From positions 1 to 27,351 of IMG/VR virus record IMGVR_UViG_3300031588_000012: a stretch of DNA of 27,351 bases; one strand, written 5' to 3'. The notes under the pieces are model-generated. The model saw only the letters and a program-made list of their open reading frames with translations. It ran no database searches and was not told where the DNA came from. The translations under genes were made by a program, and so were the position numbers. The first letter of the stretch is position 1; every line of letters starts with the position of its first letter. Positions 1 to 6,583 of this stretch are shown one piece after another. Source of the stretch: a virus. Its lineage: Duplodnaviria > Caudoviricetes.

Positions 1-73
1 AATCTAATGGTTGCCACAAATGGGCGGTTTCAGCTTCTGCCTCTGCACACTTTCGCACGGTATCCCGACACTC

Positions 74-296
74 TTTGCGCAAGCGCAAATGAGAATCCTA
101 TCGCGGCAGTCTCGCCGCTTTGGATAGCTTTCCTTTGTTACACCGCACTATGCGGATGCCAGTCGGCTTGTGTGGTGGCATCCGGCTTTCGCCTTTGCTC
201 CTCGGCTCCCGACTGGAGGCCTCACCCCTTGGCTCAGGTGTCTGCAATACCCTTTGCCCATAGGGTACGGGGGCGGAGGGGGGAGGGGGTGTGGGG
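74..296. other. Cluster of inverted repeats followed by a G-tract
   Basis: TTTGCGC-AA-GCGCAAA at 74-89; CCGCA-CTA-TGCGG at 143-155; CGGATGCCA/TGGCATCCG at 153-161/176-184; TACCCT/AGGGTA at 248-253/262-267; G runs at 269-273, 278-283, 285-289 and 293-296. Confidence 0.55.
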
Positions 297-428
297 TTCA
301 GCAATAGTATAGGTGTCCCCTCTCAACTTTCTAGCCTTCTCAGCCTAAAACCCCCTTTTCAGGCCCCCAAGACCTCATGAGATTTACCAAAATCTGGGTA
401 GATTCTGGAACTGTTGCTGTAGTTTATG

Positions 429-457
429 TTGTTTTACTAGTATCTCGGGAGTATATT
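429..457 (+). promoter_or_regulatory. Putative sigma70-type promoter giving a leaderless transcript
   Basis: TTGTTT (429-434), 17-nt spacer, TATATT (452-457), then 6 nt before the ATG at 464. Confidence 0.4.
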
Positions 458-463
458 GGGCTT

Positions 464-829
464 ATGAGGCTATTTAGACTTAAGGGATCTAGGTTTTGGG
501 GCTGGGAAGCGACTGTTGAGGATGAGCTAGGACGCGTTGGGTGGCTTGACAGCACTCGACTACTGCTCTCTATGGTAGGAGTGCTTATACGGGGTGTGTG
601 GGGCCGCGAATCGCTACCTGTGAAACAGGCCAGGTTCCGTCAGAGGATGAAGTGCTGCATGAAGTGTCCGATCTACGAGCGGAACTCCAAGGTGTGTCGG
701 CCTTACCCGGCGAGTGTGCTGGGATGTGGGTGCTACATGCCCTACGCAGCCCAGTTAAAGAAGCGCTGCTGGGCGGATGAGAACATGCCGGACGAGAAGA
801 TTGGCTGGGAGAGTCACACTCCGAAATAA
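464..829 (+). CDS. Cys-rich putative zinc-binding phage hypothetical protein
   Basis: Motif RMKCCMKCPIY...C...GCGCYM...KRCW...GW. Start moved from 377 to the ATG at 464 because of the promoter-like motif. It is the only credible plus-strand gene. Confidence 0.65.
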   Translation: MRLFRLKGSRFWGWEATVEDELGRVGWLDSTRLLLSMVGVLIRGVWGRESLPVKQARFRQRMKCCMKCPIYERNSKVCRPYPASVLGCGCYMPYAAQLKKRCWADENMPDEKIGWESHTPK

Positions 830-1000
830 GTGTCGGATATAGAGGGGGGTTGGGCCGCTAAAATCGTTTCTAAGGGATTCTGATTTGCTCTTTGGGTCGA
901 GACAGCGCACCCACCCCTTCAATAGCTTAGATTAAGTATTTAGGGGTGGATCTTGCTATCCGATTGGTGCTGTGTTTTTTACTAAGGCAACGCTTTGTTA

Positions 1001-1057
1001 TATAGAATATAGTCATATAGAGTACAGGGTACAGAATGCAGAGTTTAGAGTTAAGAC
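1001..1057. repeat. Degenerate tandem heptamer array (8 units, TNNAGNN)
   Basis: TATAGAA TATAGTCA TATAGAG TACAGGG TACAGAA TGCAGAG TTTAGAG TTAAGAC. Confidence 0.5.
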
Positions 1058-1413
1058 GAAGGTGTGTTTATAGGGGTATATGTGCTATCCCCTAAGTCAA
1101 CTCACCAAAAACCTGTCACCCCGTCACCTCTCTGTACGGGTACCGCGCACCTGAGGGTTGTCGGAGAAAATTGTGCGCCGTGATAATCGTTTGACGCCCA
1201 CAGGTGAGCGGCTAAGAGCGTTGCCGATCAAAAAATCTGTTTTCTGATCGACGAATTAGCCTAATTAATTGCCGGTATCTAACCACTATACATTTCCTAC
1301 TTAGCCCTATATAGCTAATATGTGGAATATGGAGCGATAGTGGGCCAATGCGGGCCTTACCACCACGTTGTTCACTCCTGTTTTTAGATATTTTCACGGC
1401 TGAGAAATCGCCC

Positions 1414-1749
1414 TTATTTAAGAATGTGACGCACCTGGTCCTTAAAGGGCCGGCCAGCGGTAAACTTTACGTTACAGGTCTCGGGCTGGTAGCCGCTAAA
1501 GGGGTTACTCGGGTTGTCTACGTGGAAGCGCTCCTTGCGCCAGCGGAGGCTGAAGGTGCCAAGAGACCAGATGTTAGCTGTAAAGCCCTCAGCGAGCATC
1601 TCAGGCACAACAACAGCCAGTGCCTGAAAGACTTCCTTTACGGCTCTGGTGGGCAATCCGGTACGATCAGATACGCGCCGCGCCAGGGTTTTGTTGGAAG
1701 CTCTATTGGCTTGTGGTTCACTATGTTCTGTTTCAGTAGTCTTTCCCAT
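1414..1749 (-). CDS. HU/IHF-family DNA-binding protein (divergent)
   Basis: SNKTLARRVSDRTGL...VKEVFQAL...LAEG..ANIWSLGTFSLRWRKER...NP...VKFTAGRPFKDQV follows the HU/IHF pattern. Confidence 0.85.
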   Translation of the reverse strand: MGKTTETEHSEPQANRASNKTLARRVSDRTGLPTRAVKEVFQALAVVVPEMLAEGFTANIWSLGTFSLRWRKERFHVDNPSNPFSGYQPETCNVKFTAGRPFKDQVRHILK

Positions 1750-2018
1750 ATTTCTGGCTCGAGTTTGGACCTGATTGGGTCGGCGTCAATCTTAAGGCCG
1801 CCGATGGCGATGGCGATATCAAGTGAGTGGGTGAAGAAAAATTTCAGCAAGCTGTACGCTTCGTCATGAGGGAAAGGGCTGTTGTCTGCGAGTGGGATAA
1901 ACTTAGGTTTGCCATCAACTATATAGCCAGCCTCTTTTACCTGCCGGTAGGCGTCAAAGCTCTGGGCGATTAGTTCGGCCATAATCCTCCTCCCTCCGTC
2001 TATCTCAAAATCCACCAC
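1638..2018 (-). CDS. Phage hypothetical protein
   Basis: Fills the operon gap between Lar and HU. An alternative start is the ATG at 1982, preceded by GGAGGAGG. Confidence 0.65.
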   Translation of the reverse strand: MVDFEIDGGRRIMAELIAQSFDAYRQVKEAGYIVDGKPKFIPLADNSPFPHDEAYSLLKFFFTHSLDIAIAIGGLKIDADPIRSKLEPEIWERLLKQNIVNHKPIELPTKPWRGAYLIVPDCPPEP

Positions 2019-2028
2019 CCCATTGATC

Positions 2029-2241
2029 CTATCCCGTTGTTATCATAAACTCCCTTTGATTCCAAGCATCTACCGCCGCTGTCTTGGATTTCGTGAACGG
2101 CCCGAGTGCTCCGCACTTTAGGCACACCACCCAGTGGTCCCTTTGCCTTTGTCTCTGCTTGGCATCGCCTCCACAGAACGGGCAGTCACTGAGGGCGGGA
2201 AGCTTCTTGGTGGATTTCTTTGGTTTCTTTTTGTTTGTCAT
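2029..2241 (-). CDS. lar: Lar-family restriction alleviation protein
   Basis: LSDCPFCGG...WVVCLKCGALGP...AAVDAWNQR is the characteristic Lar-family pattern. Confidence 0.88.
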   Translation of the reverse strand: MTNKKKPKKSTKKLPALSDCPFCGGDAKQRQRQRDHWVVCLKCGALGPFTKSKTAAVDAWNQREFMITTG

Positions 2242-2244
2242 AAT

Positions 2245-2340
2245 TTAACATTCCTCAATAAATAACAGGGCGACGGCGGCTATGGCCAATAAAGCCATAG
2301 CCACCTCATCCCATGTAACCTTCCCGCCTCTTGGGGTCAT
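2245..2340 (-). CDS. Small membrane peptide, 31 aa (not in ORF track)
   Basis: Translates as MTPRGGKVTWDEVAMALLAIAAVALLFIEEC. It has an ATGA overlap with the upstream stop at 2337-2340 and ends 3 nt before the Lar start. Confidence 0.6.
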   Translation of the reverse strand: MTPRGGKVTWDEVAMALLAIAAVALLFIEEC

Positions 2341-2690
2341 ACGCGGTAGCCCTTGCCCCGCAAGAGCCTCAGTGCGACCTGGATTCGACGGTCGGTCTCG
2401 ATCATGTTATTTGCCCGCGTCACGGAGTTTAGCACGTTGCCGTGATCGCGGTCCATCAATCTTCCAACCTCAGTGGAGGAGTAGCCTGAATCGTAGAGCA
2501 GCTTGGCCATTAAGTGCCTTGGGCGGACGTATGACTCTAACCGGCACCTTCCGGCGATGTTGGCTTTACTGACCTTGAACACCTCTGACAAGTCCTTGAT
2601 CACTTTATTTGGTGAGAGGCGCATGTCTTCTTGAGTGAACTCCCGTAGGGGGTCTTGCTTTATTTTCTTTGCTTTGGTTTTTGTTTTCAT
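2337..2690 (-). CDS. Stand-alone DnaA C-terminal (domain IV) HTH-like protein
   Basis: VFKVSKANIAGRCR...VRPRHLMAKLL...SSTEVGRLMDRDHGNVLNSV resembles the DnaA domain IV signature. ATG at 2690 preferred because the TTG at 2714 lies within a hairpin. Confidence 0.8.
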   Translation of the reverse strand: MKTKTKAKKIKQDPLREFTQEDMRLSPNKVIKDLSEVFKVSKANIAGRCRLESYVRPRHLMAKLLYDSGYSSTEVGRLMDRDHGNVLNSVTRANNMIETDRRIQVALRLLRGKGYRV

Positions 2691-2707
2691 GTTTTGATTT
2701 TTGTTAA

Positions 2708-2790
2708 AACGCAACCGAGCGGGAGTCGGTGAAAGCCGGACAAAATGCCGACTGCAAGGAGGTGACTCGTAGGGTCCACTCGGTCGCGTT
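2708..2790 (-). ncRNA. Candidate structured intergenic RNA with an anti-Shine-Dalgarno segment
   Basis: A 15-bp closing stem, AACGCGACCGAGUGG/CCGCUCGGUUGCGUU, whose two non-Watson-Crick pairs are G-U on the minus strand. It encloses an inner stem AGUCGG/CCGACU and the segment UCACCUCCUU. Confidence 0.55.
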
Positions 2791-2793
2791 AAA

Positions 2794-2964
2794 TTAGTTC
2801 TTGGAGTTGACCTCCCTCTTCAGTCGGTGAGCAGCCTTGTAGGCGCTTAGGATGTACTCCTGGCACTCCATCATGCCCTTCTTGGTTGGTGGCTTGGTGG
2901 TGGCAGCCATAAGGTCCCTGATCAGGCCCTCAAGGCTCTTCGTGATTTGTGGTGGGGTTAGCAT
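2794..2964 (-). CDS. Hypothetical protein, 56 aa (not in ORF track)
   Basis: Translates as MLTPPQITKSLEGLIRDLMAATTKPPTKKGMMECQEYILSAYKAAHRLKREVNSKN. Its start overlaps the stop of the initiator gene. Confidence 0.7.
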   Translation of the reverse strand: MLTPPQITKSLEGLIRDLMAATTKPPTKKGMMECQEYILSAYKAAHRLKREVNSKN

Positions 2965-3917
2965 TTCTTTAATTGTGACTTAAGGGTTTCCAGCTCCTCC
3001 TTAGCCTCAGGCTTAAGAGATCCGTCTGAGTTGCGGTGCTCGGACTCGAAGCTGCCAGTGCCTGGGTCTATGAACTTTGAGGTGATGGCTTCGACGCGGG
3101 CCCTAAGGGCCGGTGCCTCCTCGTCCTCATTGCCCACCATGAATGAGCGGTGCTCGTAGTAACGAATGAACTTCTCGGGCCTGAAGAATGAGTCGGGGTT
3201 GAGAGCCTCGGCGTATTTCGTTCCGGCCCATTTTGAGACCATTCGGGTGATGGCCTGCTTGACCCCCTCAATGTCACCGCCGCTTTCCTTAACACACTCA
3301 TAGATCAGCTCGCGGCGATGGTTGTTCAGCTTAAAGGAGGTGGGACATTTAGAGTCCCTCAGAGCTCGGTTCATGTGGCCCAACACATCGCGTGAAACCT
3401 CAGCAAAATCTTCACTCGCAATAGTAATAGAGTTTAAGGTAAGAGCGGCTCCTTTTTGGCTCCCCTTTTGGCTCCCTTCTTGGCTAGTGTTTTGGCTCCC
3501 TTCTTGGCTCCCTTTCTGGATAGCCTTTTGGCTAGCCAAGCTTTCGGCCTTAATTCGTAAACGGTTCATTTCGCCACCTTTTTTGCTGTTTTCGCGTAGT
3601 TTTTGCCTACGCTGGCGCATCTCCGAACGGTAGGTTTCCTGACGGGAGTTTCGGAGCGCTCCGTCGTCATCCTCGTAGAACTTTTTCAGCACCACGGGGA
3701 AGCGTGAGTGCAGTGAGCCATCGGGATGGCCTATTGGCTCCCCCACGAGACGGCACAAAATAGTGTCGTCGTTGGGCAGTCCCTCCCTGTCCCAGGCATG
3801 ACATAATAGCCGTATATAGATGCCGACCTCCTCATTGGACATCATCGCTGTGCCCTGTAAAAACTCCGCTACGTATAACTGAAACGCTGGTGGCTTCCTC
3901 TTGCTCTTCTCATTCAT
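2958..3917 (-). CDS. Phage replication initiator / replisome organizer (DUF1376/YdaU-like N-terminus, Phg_2220_C-like C-terminus)
   Basis: N-terminal PAFQLYVAEFLQGTAMMSNEEVGIYIRLLCHAW and C-terminal KWAGTKYAEALNPDSFFRPEKFIRYYE, separated by a repeat linker. The ATG at 3917 forms an ATGA overlap with the upstream stop. Confidence 0.85.
   Translation of the reverse strand: MNEKSKRKPPAFQLYVAEFLQGTAMMSNEEVGIYIRLLCHAWDREGLPNDDTILCRLVGEPIGHPDGSLHSRFPVVLKKFYEDDDGALRNSRQETYRSEMRQRRQKLRENSKKGGEMNRLRIKAESLASQKAIQKGSQEGSQNTSQEGSQKGSQKGAALTLNSITIASEDFAEVSRDVLGHMNRALRDSKCPTSFKLNNHRRELIYECVKESGGDIEGVKQAITRMVSKWAGTKYAEALNPDSFFRPEKFIRYYEHRSFMVGNEDEEAPALRARVEAITSKFIDPGTGSFESEHRNSDGSLKPEAKEELETLKSQLKKC
3450..3533. 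repeat. Seven tandem 12-bp repeats, probable iterons / replication origin
   Basis: TCCTTTTTGGCT CCCCTTTTGGCT CCCTTCTTGGCT AGTGTTTTGGCT CCCTTCTTGGCT CCCTTTCTGGAT AGCCTTTTGGCT, located inside the initiator gene. Confidence 0.8.
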
Positions 3918-4219
3918 TCTGTCTGATCCCTTTCCGGTTGTTTTCCCCAGTGCCCCTTGGCACATAGCAGGCCCTTTTTACGGGCCCATGATGGGTTCTC
4001 GTTTATCTTGTGGTGGCCCTCACGACTGACGGCCAACCAAAATTCTTCGCACAGGAACAATGCTCCTGCCCTGCCGCGCGTATGGTGCACGTCGGTGGCC
4101 TTACGGCTTGGCATTACGGCGCATTGCGGATTGGCCTCTAGGAAGGCCTTGCGTTTTACCGCGTAAATTTTCATCTCCCCCCGCCTTTTAGCGGAAATGG
4201 GGTTGATTCTTTTCCTCAT
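3914..4219 (-). CDS. HNH-like protein
   Basis: FLEANPQCAV...ATDVHHTRGR...FWLAVSREGHHKINENP; the zinc-binding cysteines are partly lost. Confidence 0.75.
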   Translation of the reverse strand: MRKRINPISAKRRGEMKIYAVKRKAFLEANPQCAVMPSRKATDVHHTRGRAGALFLCEEFWLAVSREGHHKINENPSWARKKGLLCAKGHWGKQPERDQTE

Positions 4220-4479
4220 GCCGCCCCCTTGTCCTTGTTCAGCGTCCCCATCTCCTTGATAAGCATGTCAGCAAGGTGATCGCGGACAGCCATGATGTGC
4301 TTGCATCGGCGCGTCTTCTTGTCCTCGCGCACCTTCCCTTCCATCCGGCAGCGGAAGTGCGGGCACGTGCACATGCCATTCCCCTTAAGCTCGGTAAGGT
4401 CAACTAGGTACTCCCCGTTCCCTTCCCTGGACTTCACCCAGAAGGTCATGCGGTCATGCGGTTTGATCTGGTACATCAT
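4216..4479 (-). CDS. SWIM zinc-finger protein
   Basis: YLVDL...CTCPHF...CKHIMAV matches the CxCx(n)CxH pattern. Confidence 0.85.
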   Translation of the reverse strand: MMYQIKPHDRMTFWVKSREGNGEYLVDLTELKGNGMCTCPHFRCRMEGKVREDKKTRRCKHIMAVRDHLADMLIKEMGTLNKDKGAA

Positions 4480-4901
4480 CGACTGACCATTTCCTTAAGG
4501 CGGGCGTTCTCATGCTTAAGCTGCTCGATCTCTGTCTCCATAGCGTCTCGCTGGGCAGCCAAGCTCTCGTTGTAGAAGAAGGCGTCAATCAGCTCTTCCC
4601 GTATGGCCCCGATCAAGTCGGGGTGCTGGTCGAGGTTGTCGGTGATTTCTTTCCGAGCCTGACCGTCATCGTACTTCTTGGGCGCGAGCTGGTTAAAGCA
4701 ACGCACCGCATGGTCTCGTATCTGGTTAGGGCTCCTGTTTGTCTTTTTGGTTTTCTGTTCCATATCTAGATATACCTCCACATATGCCCCACAATCAGGG
4801 CAACTTAAATTTGACACAATCCCCTCGCCCTCTCGCCCGTAGTCCTCAAAGTCGTGATCCCCGCCCCAGATGAGCGCGTCACCGCAGTGCCAGCAATTCA
4901 C
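4476..4901 (-). CDS. Zinc-ribbon protein fused to an all-alpha (possibly MazG-like) domain
   Basis: N-terminal MNCWHC..LIWGGDHD...LSCPDCGA, then KKYDDGQ...IREELIDAFFY and a coiled-coil tail. Confidence 0.7.
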   Translation of the reverse strand: MNCWHCGDALIWGGDHDFEDYGREGEGIVSNLSCPDCGAYVEVYLDMEQKTKKTNRSPNQIRDHAVRCFNQLAPKKYDDGQARKEITDNLDQHPDLIGAIREELIDAFFYNESLAAQRDAMETEIEQLKHENARLKEMVSR

Positions 4902-5353
4902 TCCCCCTCCTTTTCCGGCGCGTACTTCTTGGCCGACTGCCAGATTTTCAGGGAGGCACCGAATATAGCTTCGGCAGTCTCAACCTTCTTATCGTCCCAA
5001 ACCTTCTGCACGCAGGGCGCAGGGTCGTTGGAGTCAATCACCACGCTAACGCAGCTCATGGAGTCCGGCTTATCAAAGCAGGCTCTGTAGGCCACAAGCT
5101 GCTCGCAGAACTTGTCGTAGAAGACGGGCTTGGCGCGGACGTTCTGGGTCTTGTAGTCGACCACGGCCTCTTTGCCTCCCTTCATGACACAGTGCATGTC
5201 GGTGGTGCCCGCGTAGCCGTCTTCGTGAACGAGGGTCATCTCAGATGCGATGATCTTATCTACGTTTTCCTCGAGCCAATCAAGGTAGTGCACCATGTAT
5301 GGGCGCAGCGCCTTATCAATTTTCAGTTTCTTGAATAATTCCGTTCTGTTCAT
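4898..5353 (-). CDS. PD-(D/E)xK (Cas4/RecB-like) exonuclease, catalytic C-terminal part
   Basis: SEMTL...GYAGTTDM...VVDYKT...EQLVAY carries the E/D/DxK/QxxxY motifs. Confidence 0.85.
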   Translation of the reverse strand: MNRTELFKKLKIDKALRPYMVHYLDWLEENVDKIIASEMTLVHEDGYAGTTDMHCVMKGGKEAVVDYKTQNVRAKPVFYDKFCEQLVAYRACFDKPDSMSCVSVVIDSNDPAPCVQKVWDDKKVETAEAIFGASLKIWQSAKKYAPEKEGE

Positions 5354-5690
5354 CTAGTATGTAATCGTTAATTTTTTCTATCGAGGCGTGTATGTCAGTG
5401 CCGAAGCCGAGCGTCTTGCCCTGTTCGGTGTTGGCTAGCTTCCTCACCCGCCGCACGTAGTCCTTTTCGTCCTCGTGCATTAGGGGTCGGTTAGCCATAG
5501 CGAGCTTGATGTGGTTGTCGATTTTCCACTTCATCAGCCCCTCGTTGGCGACGATGCCCAGGATGCCACTGACGGACGGGTATAGGTTCTGCTTACGAGC
5601 GTGCCGAAGCGTAGTCTTCTTCCCATCCTCCTGCCAGTGGCGGGCCTCACCTTCCGAGGTGTACCAATGTCCTGATCCAGTATCTGCCAT
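5316..5690 (-). CDS. PD-(D/E)xK exonuclease, N-terminal part
   Basis: HWY...TTLRHARKQNLYPSVSGIL...LMKWK...GTDIHASIE matches the PSVT and GTxxH motifs of phage exonucleases. Confidence 0.8.
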   Translation of the reverse strand: MADTGSGHWYTSEGEARHWQEDGKKTTLRHARKQNLYPSVSGILGIVANEGLMKWKIDNHIKLAMANRPLMHEDEKDYVRRVRKLANTEQGKTLGFGTDIHASIEKINDYILDEQNGIIQETEN

Positions 5691-6016
5691 CAGATTAGGT
5701 CCAGTTGTTCAGGGTCACCCTCAGGGCCTGGATGCCAGGTGGTAGCGGTTCGTCCAGTGACGCGGCACTTGCGAGCCTGGGCACGATGCACTTTGCCGTT
5801 GCGCTCCAACTCAGGGAGGCGTTTGTGAAAGTTTTCGTGTGAAAGCTCAGTGCCGCTCTCAGCCAGTTCTCGGCTAGTAAGGCCTGGATTGCTGTGGACA
5901 GCGTATGCCACTTGGCGGCGCAGGGCCGTTGCGGTGCCATCGTTGGTGATGTCCTCTGCCGCCATGCGGGAGGTCTCAGGGTCTACCCTGCGGTGCATTG
6001 TTTTTAGTTCAGTCAT
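5690..6016 (-). CDS. Winged-helix DNA-binding phage protein
   Basis: RRVDPETSRMAA...PGLTSRELAE...KRLPELERNGKV...RKCRVTGRTATTW. ATG at 6016 preferred because the GTG at 6052 lies within a hairpin. Confidence 0.8.
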   Translation of the reverse strand: MTELKTMHRRVDPETSRMAAEDITNDGTATALRRQVAYAVHSNPGLTSRELAESGTELSHENFHKRLPELERNGKVHRAQARKCRVTGRTATTWHPGPEGDPEQLDLI

Positions 6017-6025
6017 AATAGGGGG

Positions 6026-6058
6026 ACGGGAGCACCAGCAGTTAGGTGGCACTCCCGC
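6026..6058 (-). promoter_or_regulatory. Intergenic stem-loop downstream of the SSB gene
   Basis: GCGGGAG..CACC-loop-GGTG-CTCCCGT on the minus strand. It has no U-tract, so it may act in processing or stability. Confidence 0.4.
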
Positions 6059-6075
6059 CGTTTGGGTTGGGCAGC

Positions 6076-6564
6076 CTAGAAAGGCACGTCGTCGGTTTCC
6101 TCTACGGACGATTGGGCGAACTCAGGCTCAGGCCCGAAAACATCCGCGTCGGACTCGTACGTGACGAGCTTAAGGATTTGAACCCCGTTCAGCCCAGGCG
6201 ATACGCCGGACTTGCCCATGTACTCCCACTCGTAGGGCTTAATGTACACGTTGGCCAGGGTCCCGTTCCCGATCTCAGGGACATCTTCACCGTCGAGCTT
6301 CCGGTTGTCGCCATCAACGACGCGCGGTTGGAGCCCACTGCGAGCGGTGATGAATAGCCCCTTTTCGGGTTGAGGGGTGTTCATTTTCTCACCCTGCCTC
6401 ACCTCCACGCCTGCGTCGTGCAGGGCGCGAGCTTGATCTTTGGTGAGATTGCAAACGTCTGCAAGGTACTTCGCCTTACCGTCGTCATTCTTTTTGGGCT
6501 CCCGAATGGAGGCCCAGTACAGTTGCACCTTCTTGAGAAGGATGCCTTTTTTGTTCTCTGACAT
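6076..6564 (-). CDS. ssb: Single-stranded DNA-binding protein (T7 gp2.5/DUF2815-like)
   Basis: LYWASIREPK...KY...PRVVD...IGNGTLANV...GVSPGLNGVQILKLVTY, with an acidic tail ending DDVPF. Confidence 0.88.
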   Translation of the reverse strand: MSENKKGILLKKVQLYWASIREPKKNDDGKAKYLADVCNLTKDQARALHDAGVEVRQGEKMNTPQPEKGLFITARSGLQPRVVDGDNRKLDGEDVPEIGNGTLANVYIKPYEWEYMGKSGVSPGLNGVQILKLVTYESDADVFGPEPEFAQSSVEETDDVPF

Positions 6565-6583
6565 GTTTTCCTTGTTTCTGGGG

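Noticed and set aside
7-312. ORFs 7-312 (+) and 98-304 (-)
   Set aside because: No motifs or ribosome-binding site; the sequence is dominated by hairpins and G-tracts.
1212-1869. ORFs 1212-1397 (-) and 1348-1869 (+)
   Set aside because: The first has no recognisable features and cannot be supported; the second is antisense to HU.
2708-2790. tRNA or intrinsic terminator reading of the structured element
   Set aside because: It has no T-loop, D-loop or anticodon arm. The large interior and short U-run fit a simple terminator poorly, although attenuation is not excluded.
3450-3533. Possible CRISPR or mini-array
   Set aside because: The units are contiguous 12-mers with no spacers, and no cas operon is present. 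The Cas4-like nuclease is a typical phage exonuclease.
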